From the NCBI RefSeq assembly GCF_019968905.1, contig NZ_CP079946.1, forward strand, positions 5,729,356 through 5,793,355: DNA of 64,000 bases, read 5' to 3'. Below, piece after piece: positions 55,000-64,000 of the stretch (within the stretch, counting starts at the first letter, position 1; every line of letters begins with the position of its first letter). The notes under the pieces were generated by a model. That model saw only the letters and a program-made list of their open reading frames with translations, was not told the DNA's origin and did no database searches. The stretch comes from Corallococcus sp. EGB (GTDB taxonomy: Bacteria > Myxococcota > Myxococcia > Myxococcales > Myxococcaceae). A program made the position numbers and the translations under genes.

Positions 55000-56321
55000 G
55001 CCTCGGGCGTCCCGTCCCCAGCGGCCTCGCCGTGGCGCTGTTCGCCGGGGCGCTCGTGCCCGCCGCGCTCGCGGTGGCGAGCCCCGCCTTCGGGTGGCTG
55101 GCGCTCGCGGTGGACGTGGCCGTCCTGCTCCTGTGCGCGGTGGACTTCCTGCGCGCGCCGCACGCCCGCGACGTCGACGTGCGCCGCGAGGTGGAGCCCA
55201 TCCTCTCCTCCGGCGTGGACAACACGGTGCGCTGGGAGCTGCGTTCGCGCATCGACCGGCCCGTGCGCGGCGAGCTGCGCGACGAGCCGCCCCTGGACGT
55301 GGAGAGCCACGGCCACCGCCAGCCCTTCCTTCTGGAGGCCGGTGCGTCCACGCGGCTCACCTACCGGGTGCACCCGCCCTCCCGGGGCGACGCGCGCTTC
55401 GGCGGAGTGAATCTGCGCCTGATGGGCCCGTTGGGCCTGTGCTCGCGGCAGGTGCGGCTGCCCGCGGACCAGGACGTGAAGGTGTATCCGGACCTGCGCG
55501 CCCTCTCGCGCGAGGCGCTGACGCTGGCGCGTGCGTCCGAAGCCGTGTCCGCGCGCACGCTCCTGCGCAAGTCGATGGAGGGCCGCGAGTTCGAGTCGCT
55601 TCGCGAGTACCGGCCCGGCGACGACTACCGCCACATCGACTGGAAGTCCTCCGCGCGCCACGGCCACACGCTGGTGCGCACGTGGCATCCGGAGCGCAAC
55701 CAGCCGGTGCTGCTGCTCCTGGACTGCGGGCGCCACATGGCGGGCCGGGTGCAGGGGCGCAGGAAGCTGGACCACGCGGTGGACGCGGCGCTGCGGCTCG
55801 CGCGCGTGAGCCTGGACGCGGGTGACGTGGTGGGCGTGCTCGCGTTCGCCAGCGACGTGCGCGCCTTCCTGCCTCCGCGAAAGGGGGCGGAGCACCTGCG
55901 TCTCATCACCGAGTCCCTCTACCGCGCGGAGGCCGGCCTGGAGGAGAGCGACTACGGCCGCGCGTTCGACTTCGCCTTCGCCCGCCAGACGCGCCGCGCG
56001 CTGGTGGTGCTCTTCACCGACCTGGTGGATCCGGACGCGTCCGCCGAGCTGCTCGCGCGCACGCTGGCCCTGCGCCCCCGGCACCTGCCCGTCGTCGCGT
56101 CGCTCCTGGACGAGGACCTGGAGGCCGCCGCCACGGACGTGCCCGGCGACGCCACGTCCGCCTACGCGCGGCAGGCCGCTGCCCGCATGGAGGCCGAGTA
56201 CCGCCGCACCGCCACCACGCTGCGCGACGCGGGGGCGCTGGTGGTGCGCGCTCCGGCTCGCGGGTTCGGCGCCGCTGCACTCAACGTGTACCTGGACGTG
56301 AAGGCGCGCGGGCGGCTCTGA
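54996..56321 (+). CDS. DUF58-family protein (vWA-like partner of MoxR) with an N-terminal TM helix
   Basis: DUF58 motifs [27 protein letters not shown]...LLLLDCG; start overlaps the moxR stop. Confidence 0.8.
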   Translation: MSLGRPVPSGLAVALFAGALVPAALAVASPAFGWLALAVDVAVLLLCAVDFLRAPHARDVDVRREVEPILSSGVDNTVRWELRSRIDRPVRGELRDEPPLDVESHGHRQPFLLEAGASTRLTYRVHPPSRGDARFGGVNLRLMGPLGLCSRQVRLPADQDVKVYPDLRALSREALTLARASEAVSARTLLRKSMEGREFESLREYRPGDDYRHIDWKSSARHGHTLVRTWHPERNQPVLLLLDCGRHMAGRVQGRRKLDHAVDAALRLARVSLDAGDVVGVLAFASDVRAFLPPRKGAEHLRLITESLYRAEAGLEESDYGRAFDFAFARQTRRALVVLFTDLVDPDASAELLARTLALRPRHLPVVASLLDEDLEAAATDVPGDATSAYARQAAARMEAEYRRTATTLRDAGALVVRAPARGFGAAALNVYLDVKARGRL

Positions 56322-56536
56322 GCGCTCCCAGCGCATTCGTCAAGCCCTTTGAAACATTCCACCGCTCACGCGCGCATGCATCACTCCGCCGAACAGCACG
56401 CTTGCCAATCGCGCGGAGGCCGATTTTTCGGCCTCCGGGAGGACCCCCTTTACAGATCCGGATCGCTGCACAGAATGGCGCGCCTCAACTGTTCGCGCGC
56501 AGGCGCGCACGCTCCAAACCGGACGGGAGGCGGGAC

Positions 56537-59284
56537 TTGGCGGAGGTCGCGAGGGGTTTGAAGCTGGAAGTCGAGGCGGACGCCGCGGCCATCGCGGCCC
56601 AGGCCGCGGAGGAGCTGGTGGAGGCGGCGCTGACGCCCTTCCACGAGCGGCTCCTCGCCGAGGAACTGCTCGCGCGCAGCGGTGACACCCAGCAGCGTCT
56701 GGCGAACGCGCTGGCCGAAGCGAAGGTGGACCTCAACCCCCACCAGGTCGAAGCCGCGATGTTCGCGCTGGACGCGCTGTCGCGCGGCGGCTGCATGCTC
56801 GCGGACGAGGTGGGCCTGGGGAAGACCATCGAGGCGGGCCTCGTCGTGGCCCAGCTGATGGCGGAGGGCAAGAACCGCATCCTCATCCTGGCCCCCGCGG
56901 TGCTGCGCGCGCAGTGGAATGCAGAATTGCGCGAGAAGTTCGACCTGGACAGCGTCCTCGTCGACGGCCGCGACGTGAAGAAGCACAACAACTGCTTCGA
57001 CCAGCCCTTCCCCGTCATCTGCTCGCACCCGTTCGCGGCGAACAAGTCCGCGCTCGTGGCGGAGATCCCCTGGGACCTGGTCATCATCGACGAGGCCCAC
57101 CGCCTCCGGAACGCGCACCGGCCCAACAACAAGACGGGCCAGGCGCTGCGCGCGTCGCTGGCGGGCCGCCCCAAGCTGCTACTCACCGCCACGCCGCTCC
57201 AGAACGACCTGATGGAGCTGTTCGGCCTGATGTCGCTCCTGGACGAGCAGATCCTCGGCCCCGAGCACGCCTTCCGCAGCCGCTTCCGCGCCGACGAGGG
57301 CGGCGGCATGACGGAGGCCGCCGCGTGCGAGCTCAAGGAGCGGCTGGCCCCGGTCGTCCAGCGCACGCTGCGCCGCCAGGTGCGCGAGTACGTCCGCTAC
57401 ACCAACCGCCGCAGCATCGTGGAGGACTTCCTCCCCTCCCCCGAGGAGCACGACCTCTACGAGAAGGTCAGCGAGTACCTGCAGCGCTCGGAGGTGGCGG
57501 CCATCGAGCCGGGCAAGAAGACGCTCCTGACGCTGTGCTACCGCAAGCTCCTGGCCTCCTCGACGTTCGCCATCGCGCCCACGCTGCGGCGGCTGTCGGA
57601 CAACCTGCAGAAGCGCCTGGAGGCCGCGCGGCTGGGACAGCAGGCGCTGGCGCTCTTCGAGCCGGAAGAGGCCAAGCAGTACGTGGAGGAAGGCGAGGAG
57701 TGGTCGGACGACCCCGCCAAGGCCCCCCAGGTCCGCACGCTGGAGCAGGAGGTCTGGGAGCTGCGGCAGTACGCGGACCTCGCGGACTCCATCCGCACCA
57801 ACGCCAAGGGTGAGGCGCTCAAGCGCGCCCTGGACCGCACCTTCGCGGTGATGCGCACTCACTCCTGGCCGGAGAAGGCGCTCATCTTCACGGAGTCCAA
57901 GCGCACGCAGCAGTACCTCTTCAACCTGCTGTCGGAGCACGGCTACAGGGGGAAGATCTCGCTCCTGTCCGGCGACGCCGGCGGCACGCCCGAGGAGCGC
58001 AAGGCGCTGGTGGAGGAGTTCCGCCACAAGACGCAGATCCTCATCTGCACGGAAGCGGGCGCGGAGGGCCTCAACCTCCAGTTCTGCAACCTGGTGGTGA
58101 ACTACGATCTGCCGTGGAACCCGCAGCGCGTGGAGCAGCGCATCGGCCGGTGCCACCGCTACGGCCAGCAGCGCGACGTGCTGGTGCTGAACTTCCTCAA
58201 CCGGCAGAACGCGGCGGACGCGCGCCTGTTCGAGCTCCTGGAGAAGAAGCTCAACCTCTTTGACGGCGTGTTCGGCGCGTCCGACGAGATCCTGGGCGCG
58301 CTGGAGAGCGGCGTCGACTTCGAGCGGCGCGTGCTGGACATCTACCAGTCCTGCCGCGATCCCAAGGACATCAACGCCGCCTTCGACAAGCTGCGCGAGG
58401 AGCTGGAGGGCAGCATCACCCAGCGCATGACGTCGATGCGGTCCGTGGTGCTGGAGCGCTTCGACGGCGACGTGCGCCGCCGGCTGCGCGTGGCCGGAGA
58501 TCAGGCCAAGGAGGTCGTGAACAAGCGCCAGCAGGAGGCGAAGGCGCTCACCGGCTCCGTGCTGGGCAGCCGCACCTCCGGACGGCTCCAGGTGGCCAAG
58601 GCCGCCTACGCGGTGCGGGATCGCACCCAGGACTCCGTCAGCTACCTGCAGCTGGACGCGGCGGGGCTGCCGTCACGGCTGGCGCGGCTCGCGGGCAGCG
58701 AGGGCTGGTGGTTCGTCTACAAGTTCGAGACCACGGGCCTCAAGCCGGAGGAGAAGCTGGTCCACCTGGTGCTTGTGAAGGACCGGGACGGCGGCTTCCG
58801 CGCCCTGCCGCTGACGGACGGGGTCCACTTCACGAAGCTCGCCGCCAAGGAGGAGAAGCGCCGGCAGCCCGCGCCGGTGTCGGTCCAGCTCATGCAAGAG
58901 CAGTCGCTCATGACCGCCAAGGATGAGCTGATTCGGGCCGCGGAACGGCGCAACGCGTTGGAGCTGGACAAGGCCAAGGAGCGCGCGGACCGCTACGTCG
59001 AGGACTGCCTGATGGAGTCGCGCGAGGTGGTGGAGGCCGCCCGCCAGGCGTGGTTCGACGCGCGCAAGGAGGTCGCCGGCATCGAGGACGTCGCGGAGCG
59101 CGCGAAGGCGCGGGCGCACTCGGACCGGATGGAGCGTGACTACCGCCGCAAGCTGGCGTCGCTGCGCAACGAGGAGGAGAAGCGCTACGCCTCGAAGGAC
59201 CGGCAGATGGCGGAGCTGGCCAACAAGGCGCGCGTGACGGAGAAGCGCACCCTCATCGCCTCCGCGTACTTCTGGCTGTCGTGA
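56537..59284 (+). CDS. SNF2/RapA-family ATP-dependent helicase with a C-terminal coiled-coil/charged region. Start probably TTG (LAEVARG) downstream of GGGAGG; the track ORF starts at 56402
   Basis: DEAH-box motif I (LADEVGLGKTIEAG), motif II (DLVIIDEAHRLRN), LLLTATPLQN, helicase C motifs (ILICTEAGAEGLNLQ...QRIGRCHRYGQ). Confidence 0.8.
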   Translation: MAEVARGLKLEVEADAAAIAAQAAEELVEAALTPFHERLLAEELLARSGDTQQRLANALAEAKVDLNPHQVEAAMFALDALSRGGCMLADEVGLGKTIEAGLVVAQLMAEGKNRILILAPAVLRAQWNAELREKFDLDSVLVDGRDVKKHNNCFDQPFPVICSHPFAANKSALVAEIPWDLVIIDEAHRLRNAHRPNNKTGQALRASLAGRPKLLLTATPLQNDLMELFGLMSLLDEQILGPEHAFRSRFRADEGGGMTEAAACELKERLAPVVQRTLRRQVREYVRYTNRRSIVEDFLPSPEEHDLYEKVSEYLQRSEVAAIEPGKKTLLTLCYRKLLASSTFAIAPTLRRLSDNLQKRLEAARLGQQALALFEPEEAKQYVEEGEEWSDDPAKAPQVRTLEQEVWELRQYADLADSIRTNAKGEALKRALDRTFAVMRTHSWPEKALIFTESKRTQQYLFNLLSEHGYRGKISLLSGDAGGTPEERKALVEEFRHKTQILICTEAGAEGLNLQFCNLVVNYDLPWNPQRVEQRIGRCHRYGQQRDVLVLNFLNRQNAADARLFELLEKKLNLFDGVFGASDEILGALESGVDFERRVLDIYQSCRDPKDINAAFDKLREELEGSITQRMTSMRSVVLERFDGDVRRRLRVAGDQAKEVVNKRQQEAKALTGSVLGSRTSGRLQVAKAAYAVRDRTQDSVSYLQLDAAGLPSRLARLAGSEGWWFVYKFETTGLKPEEKLVHLVLVKDRDGGFRALPLTDGVHFTKLAAKEEKRRQPAPVSVQLMQEQSLMTAKDELIRAAERRNALELDKAKERADRYVEDCLMESREVVEAARQAWFDARKEVAGIEDVAERAKARAHSDRMERDYRRKLASLRNEEEKRYASKDRQMAELANKARVTEKRTLIASAYFWLS

Positions 59285-59296
59285 ACGCGGGCCCCG

Positions 59297-59635
59297 TCAC
59301 AGGGGCTTGAGCCGCACCCACGTCGCGCCCCAGCCTCCGTCCGCCTCGGAGGCCGTCTGGAAGCTTTCGACCTCTGGCAGCGTGGGCAGCAGGGACTGCA
59401 CGGTGCGCCGCAGCGCGCCCGTGCCCTTGCCGTGGATGATGCGCACGTCGAGCACGCCCTTCTGACGGCAGGCCCAGACGTACTCGGTGACGAGGTCCTT
59501 CACCTCGCGGGGCTGGAAGAGGTGCAGGTCGAGGTTCCCGTCGACCGGAATTTCTACCGCGCCCAGCTCATCGGGTGTTGGTGGGGGCTCCGGTCCCTCC
59601 GGCGGCAGGGGCGGGAGTGGCTTTCGGCGAGACAC
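59297..59635 (-). CDS. Smr-domain protein (small MutS-related nicking endonuclease domain); the N-terminal about 25 codons have poor GC3 and the start is uncertain
   Basis: [11 protein letters not shown]...[20 protein letters not shown] Smr motifs. Confidence 0.65.
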   Translation of the reverse strand: MSRRKPLPPLPPEGPEPPPTPDELGAVEIPVDGNLDLHLFQPREVKDLVTEYVWACRQKGVLDVRIIHGKGTGALRRTVQSLLPTLPEVESFQTASEADGGWGATWVRLKPL

Positions 59636-59879
59636 CGTAACGGGCCTCCTCCTGGCGCTGCTTCTCCTCGGCCGCCAGGCGCTGACGCTCGCGTGCGAGC
59701 CGGAACTGACCCTTGAGGCTGGTGATCTCTCCCTTGAGCGAGGAGAGCTCTTCCTTCACGCCGCCGGGGTGCTGGGAGCCCGTCAGGTCCAGCTGATTTC
59801 CCGCACGCCTGCCCTCCGAGCCGGCACCGCCAGCGGAGGTCATCTGCATCAACAGCGCGGCCACGGTCATCGCCATCAT
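59568..59879 (-). CDS. Small hypothetical protein (103 aa): hydrophobic N-terminus plus a coiled-coil segment; its 3' end overlaps the Smr ORF's 5' end
   Basis: High GC3 throughout; [37 protein letters not shown] coiled coil. Confidence 0.45.
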   Translation of the reverse strand: MMAMTVAALLMQMTSAGGAGSEGRRAGNQLDLTGSQHPGGVKEELSSLKGEITSLKGQFRLARERQRLAAEEKQRQEEARYGVSPKATPAPAAGGTGAPTNTR

Positions 59880-59917
59880 GGCCTTTCACGTAAGCAAGGG
59901 CCGTGCTCACGCGCAAG

Positions 59918-60976
59918 TCATGTTGCGTGCGCAGCGCTTCGTTGGCCGCTCTCCTCTTTGTATGACACGACGCGTTCAGCGAGCCGGACGGCGGACAGGG
60001 GGGCGCTTCCTTCCGCCTTGTTGTTGATGGTGACGAAGACGGGACGCTCCCGTCGCACGGCCGCCATGCACACGCGGGCCAGCACGTCGCGGGTGCCCGC
60101 GTCCTCGTCCACCAGCCGGTTGAAGGGCGCGTAGCGGGCGTAGGCCTCCTCGTAGCCCAGGTTCGGAGGGAGCATCCAGCGCACCACCACCGCGCGGGCC
60201 TCGAAGGCGCGCGTGAGCTTCGCCTGCCGCGCGACGGGCGGCATGTGGGCCCACACCGCGAGCACCGGGCTCACGCCCGTGTCCGCGAGCGCCTGGGCGA
60301 ACGCCTCCGTGAGCAGCTCCTCGTTGCGCACCTCCACCGCGTACAGCGGGCCCCGGGGCAGCGCGGAGAAGAACGCGTGCAGCCGCTCCACGAAGCGGCC
60401 GGCGCCTCCCAACGCCGCCGGGTCCTGCGGCGGGAACTGGAAGACCAGCGGGCCGGCCTTGTCGCCCAACCCTTCCAGGAACGGCGCCACCACGTGATCC
60501 GCGGCGTAGGCCGCCTGGAGGAAGCGGTCGTTCACCTGCCCCCGGTGCGCGCCGTAGCGCTCGTGCACGGGGAAGCGCGCGAGCGTACAGGCCTCGTGCG
60601 CCTTCACCAGGAAGCGGAAGCCCTCCGGCACTTGCTGGGCATACTCAGCGAAGGTGGTGGCCTGCACCGGTGCGTAGAAGGTCCGGTCGATGCCCACCGT
60701 GCGCAGCACCGGGTGGTGCGCGTAGGCGGCCAGACCCTCGCGCGCCAGTTGGGTGGTGCTGGCCTCGTGGTCGTAGACGAGCCCGCTCCAGCCCGGGAAG
60801 GTCCACGACGACGTGCCCAGGTACACGCCTTGAGGCAGCTGGCCGCCGAGCATGCGCAGGCTGTCGGATGGCGCGGCCGGCCCTACCGGCTGGCTCCGGC
60901 GCCGCGACGATGCCGGTGGCTCCTCCAGCGCTCCGGTGAAGAGGTCGAACTGCGCGGGTCGTCGCGTGGCGCTCAT
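59918..60976 (-). CDS. DUF72 (UPF0759) family protein. Start at MSATRRPAQFDLF
   Basis: Conserved DUF72 pattern GTSSWTFPGW...FYA...FEYAQQVPEGFRF...NNKAEGSAP. Confidence 0.7.
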   Translation of the reverse strand: MSATRRPAQFDLFTGALEEPPASSRRRSQPVGPAAPSDSLRMLGGQLPQGVYLGTSSWTFPGWSGLVYDHEASTTQLAREGLAAYAHHPVLRTVGIDRTFYAPVQATTFAEYAQQVPEGFRFLVKAHEACTLARFPVHERYGAHRGQVNDRFLQAAYAADHVVAPFLEGLGDKAGPLVFQFPPQDPAALGGAGRFVERLHAFFSALPRGPLYAVEVRNEELLTEAFAQALADTGVSPVLAVWAHMPPVARQAKLTRAFEARAVVVRWMLPPNLGYEEAYARYAPFNRLVDEDAGTRDVLARVCMAAVRRERPVFVTINNKAEGSAPLSAVRLAERVVSYKEESGQRSAAHAT

Positions 60977-61237
60977 GCGTTCAGCTCCTCTCCCAGGAGG
61001 CGGCGGTGGAACCCTGGGAGTAACCCCGCGTCGCGGGCGATGCAGCAGGTTGCCCCGACTCGAAGAGACGTTCCAGGTTTCCGGTATGCCCTCCAGGCGG
61101 ACGGGCACGCACGGGCCACTCGCGTTCCGGCGCGACGGTCTGTGATTGAACTTGTGTCCAAATGCAAACGCAGGCGCTTCGCTGTAAGATGCTCAACCCG
61201 AGCAATTCATAATTACTTCTGAAAAGCTCCAACGTGG

Positions 61238-62182
61238 TTGCAGCGGCTGGGGGGCCTCATGGACTGGTCGTTGACCGCATCGCTGCTGGCGGAGCGGGAT
61301 GTGCGCCCCATCGTCGTGATGGATCGGCGCGGCCGCATCGAGCTGGCCAATGGGGCGCTCACGTCACTGCTGGGCCGGCCCCGTGAGGAATTGCTGGGGC
61401 GCCGTTGGACCGAGGTCTGCACGCCGCCGGAGCATGGGCGCGAGGTGGGCCAGGCGCTGCGGGCCATCTTCACCACCGCGGAGCACCGGCTGCAGACGGA
61501 GGTGCTCACGCGCGATGGCGAGCGGCTGCCGGTGGAGATGGACGTGGCCGCCGTGGGCCAGCCCCCGCTGCGGCTGGTGGCCATCATCACGCGCGCGGCA
61601 CCGCCCCGCTCCCTCCCCGAGCCCACCGTCGCAGCGGAGCCTCCGCGGCCTCCGGAGGCGCACCGGGACTTGAGCTACGAAATCTCCACCGAGCTGTCGT
61701 CGTTCGGGACGCTCAAGGCGGTGTGGGCCTCCGGGCAGGCGCGGCAGGAGGAGATGGTGGGCCGGCCGTGTTTCGGCGCCTTCGCCCACCGCGACGCGCC
61801 CTGCCAGGACTGTCCGCTGACGGCGTCGTCCCCCGGGTCCTGGCCGCACACCATCGTGCGGCAGGCGCCGGAGGACACCGAGGGCTACGAGGTCGTCACC
61901 GCCACGCCCACCGGCGCAGGCACCGCGCTCGTCAGCGTGCACACCATTGGTGATGACACGCTCAGCGGGCTCTTCGAGGCGAAGGTGAGGCGCATGGCCA
62001 GCGCCGCGCGCCTGTCCGAGCGTGAGGGCGATGTCTTGCGATACCTCGCACTCGGCCGCTCGCCCACCGACATCTCCACCGTGTTAGGGATTACCGAGCG
62101 CACGGTGAAATTCCACCAGGCCAACCTGCTGAGAAAGCTGGGAGCCGAGACGCGCTACGATCTGCTCCGCCTGTTCTTCTGA
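61238..62182 (+). CDS. PAS-domain / LuxR-family HTH transcriptional regulator
   Basis: N-terminal PAS-like region; C-terminal LuxR HTH LSEREGDVLRYLALGRSPTDISTVLGITERTVKFHQANLLRKLG; alternative start MDWSL at 61259. Confidence 0.75.
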   Translation: MQRLGGLMDWSLTASLLAERDVRPIVVMDRRGRIELANGALTSLLGRPREELLGRRWTEVCTPPEHGREVGQALRAIFTTAEHRLQTEVLTRDGERLPVEMDVAAVGQPPLRLVAIITRAAPPRSLPEPTVAAEPPRPPEAHRDLSYEISTELSSFGTLKAVWASGQARQEEMVGRPCFGAFAHRDAPCQDCPLTASSPGSWPHTIVRQAPEDTEGYEVVTATPTGAGTALVSVHTIGDDTLSGLFEAKVRRMASAARLSEREGDVLRYLALGRSPTDISTVLGITERTVKFHQANLLRKLGAETRYDLLRLFF

Positions 62183-62387
62183 GCAGGGCGCCTTCCCTCC
62201 GGGACAGCTTCCAAGCGGTTGACCTTGGAGGATGCTGGAACCTCGACTCCGGAGTCCTGGGGGTCGGGGGGGCCGTTGCCCATGGGCAGCGCCGGTCACA
62301 GCCATCACAGCAAATACATCCAGCCTGTCTGGACTCTTGTCATGGGACGTCCTGTCCGTGGGTGACACTCCGGGCTGGGATGACGTG

Positions 62388-64000
62388 ATGCGGGAGTTCC
62401 TGCTCGAGTCCCGCGAGCACGTGCAGGGCATCGAGTCGACGGTGCTGGAGCTGGAGGCACAGCCGGGCTCGCAGCCGCTCATGGCGCAGCTGTTCCGGGC
62501 GCTGCACACCGTGAAGGGCACCTGCGGCTTCCTGGGCTTCACCCGCCTGGAGGCGCTGATGCACGCGGCCGAGGAGATGCTCGGCCTGGCGCGCGACCGG
62601 CGCCTGGTGCTGGACCGCGAGCGCGTGTCCACGCTGCTGGCGCTGGCGGACGCGGCGCGCGGCGCGCTGGAGCACATCGAGGCGACGGGGCTGGAGCCCG
62701 CGGTGGACCACTCGGCGTTGCTTGCCCGCATGACGGGCGCGGCGACGGCCTCCAAGCCCCTGCAGGTGCCGGAGCCGCTGACGCCTCCGGGTGCCCTGCC
62801 CTGGCGCGGCGCCGCGACCGGGGTGGACTCCAAGCTGCGCGTGGACGTGGCGCTCCTGGACCGGCTGATGAACCTGATGGGTGAGCTGGTGCTGGCGCGC
62901 AACCGCGTCCTCCAGTGCGCGGCCTCGCCCACGCCGGGCGCGGACCTGGCCACCGCGTCGCAGCGGCTGGACGTCGTCACCACGCAGGTGCAGCAGGTGG
63001 TGATGAAGACGCGCCTCCAGCCGGTGGGCCAGGTGTGGAACCGCTTCCCCCGGCTGGTGCGCGAGCTGGCGAACGGGTGCGGCAAGCAGGTGCGGCTGCA
63101 ATTGCAGGGCGCGGACACGGAGCTGGACAAGACGCTGGTGGAGGCGCTGCATGATCCGCTCACCCACCTGTTGCGCAACGCCGTGGACCACGGCGTGGAG
63201 ATGCCCGAGCAGCGGCGCGCGGCGGGCAAGCCGCCCGTGGGCTGCCTGACGCTGAGCGCGTCGCATGAGGGCGGGCTGGTGCACCTGGGCATGTCCGACG
63301 ACGGCGCGGGCATCGACGTGCAGCGGGTGCGGCAGGTGGCGGAGCAGCGGGGCCTGCTCACGGCCGACCAGGCGGCTCGGCTGTCGGACGCGGACGCGCG
63401 GATGCTCATCTTCCTGCCGGGCTTCAGCACCGCGGAGCGCGTCACGTCGCTGTCCGGCCGCGGCGTGGGCATGGATGTGGTGCGCACGCAGGTGGAGCGC
63501 ATTGGCGGCACCGTGGAGGTGCGGAGCCGGCCTGGCGAGGGCACGACGTTCACCCTCAAGATTCCCCTCACGCTGGCCATCATCCCGGCGCTGCTCGTCA
63601 CCTGCCGGGGAGACCGCTACGCGCTGCCCCAGGCGTCCCTCCGGGAGGTGGTGTTCCTGGAGCCGGAGCAGGCCCGGAGGGACATCACCCGCATCCAGGG
63701 CGCGTGCGTGCTGCGATTGCGCGGGGAGCTGCTGCCACTGGTGGTGCTCGCCGCGGAGCTGGGCGTGGGGCCCGCGACGCCAGACCTGGACGCGGGCGCC
63801 ACCCTCGTCGTGCTACAGGCCGGTGAGCGCACCTTCGGGCTGTGGGTGGACGCCATCCACGACACGGAGGAGATCGTCGTCAAGCCGCTGTGGAAGCACC
63901 TGAAGGGGCTGGCCTGCTACGCGGGCGCGACGGTGCTGGGCGACGGGCGCGTGGCGCTCATCCTGGACGCCATGGGCCTGTGCAGCCGCGTGGGCTCGGT
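62388..64000 (+). CDS. cheA: Chemotaxis histidine kinase CheA (5' partial: HPt, dimerization, HATPase, start of CheW-like domain); continues beyond the window. Start codon uncertain (ATG 62388, GTG 62358 or TTG 62337)
   Basis: HPt LHTVKGTCGFLGF, HATPase LTHLLRNAVDHGVE...DDGAGID...GRGVGMDVV...GEGTTFTL, CheW-like TFGLWVDAIHDTEEIVVKP; not in the ORF track because no stop lies inside the window. Confidence 0.85.
   Translation, partial: MREFLLESREHVQGIESTVLELEAQPGSQPLMAQLFRALHTVKGTCGFLGFTRLEALMHAAEEMLGLARDRRLVLDRERVSTLLALADAARGALEHIEATGLEPAVDHSALLARMTGAATASKPLQVPEPLTPPGALPWRGAATGVDSKLRVDVALLDRLMNLMGELVLARNRVLQCAASPTPGADLATASQRLDVVTTQVQQVVMKTRLQPVGQVWNRFPRLVRELANGCGKQVRLQLQGADTELDKTLVEALHDPLTHLLRNAVDHGVEMPEQRRAAGKPPVGCLTLSASHEGGLVHLGMSDDGAGIDVQRVRQVAEQRGLLTADQAARLSDADARMLIFLPGFSTAERVTSLSGRGVGMDVVRTQVERIGGTVEVRSRPGEGTTFTLKIPLTLAIIPALLVTCRGDRYALPQASLREVVFLEPEQARRDITRIQGACVLRLRGELLPLVVLAAELGVGPATPDLDAGATLVVLQAGERTFGLWVDAIHDTEEIVVKPLWKHLKGLACYAGATVLGDGRVALILDAMGLCSRVGS

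Overview
High-GC (~70%) window, almost certainly from a Myxococcus-type myxobacterium. The gene order wzm-wzt-GT2, bacN-bacO-bacP-padC and dxs-ispA-xseBA is the same as the Myxococcus xanthus region I remember, but that comes from memory, not from a search. The six-frame track is dominated by GC-frame artefacts: long Arg/Ala/Gly/Pro-rich ORFs lying antisense to or out of frame with real genes. I kept only ORFs with ordinary amino-acid composition and high GC at third codon positions, which gives about 57 genes. Coordinates I read off the printed sequence lines (tRNAs, promoters, hairpins) may be off by 1-3 nt. CDS ends come from the track; corrected starts were obtained by counting residues from the track's ORF start, except the GT2 and cheA starts, which I read by hand.

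Main blocks:
- (1) Partial two-domain GT2 glycosyltransferase with a Wzt/Wzm O-antigen-type ABC exporter; the GT2 gene is missing from the ORF track.
- (2) Two tandem tRNA-Gly(GCC) genes, then pgsA.
- (3) Housekeeping genes: TPR/AIM24-like protein, a lytic transglycosylase, nadB, a rhomboid protease, a LOG-family protein, a lipoprotein and pyrE.
- (4) The bactofilin-ParB-like module bacN-bacO-bacP-padC.
- (5) A co-directional minus-strand array of about 19 genes with overlapping or near-touching boundaries. It runs tlyA, dxs, ispA, a CheY-like receiver, xseB, xseA, then a Tad-like (Flp pilus / type IVc) cluster. That cluster has two FHA-domain membrane proteins, TadC-like and TadB-like platform proteins, CpaB, a small Flp-pilin-like ORF, an ECF sigma/anti-sigma pair, a DUF2085 membrane protein, an orphan OppD/OppF-type ATPase pair, two standalone MshEN (GspE N-terminal, c-di-GMP-binding type) proteins and a DUF4292/LolB-like lipoprotein. 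This resembles the Tad-like Kil contact-dependent prey-killing apparatus reported for M. xanthus. No CpaF/TadA ATPase, secretin or prepilin peptidase is present in the window.
- (6) Remaining genes: ExbB/ExbD, fadE, a split MaoC hydratase pair, a DapB-like dehydrogenase, an HD-GYP response regulator, a HEAT-cyclophilin lipoprotein, MoxR-DUF58, an SNF2 helicase, Smr, DUF72, a PAS-LuxR regulator and the 5' part of cheA.

No CRISPR arrays, IS elements or rRNA were seen.
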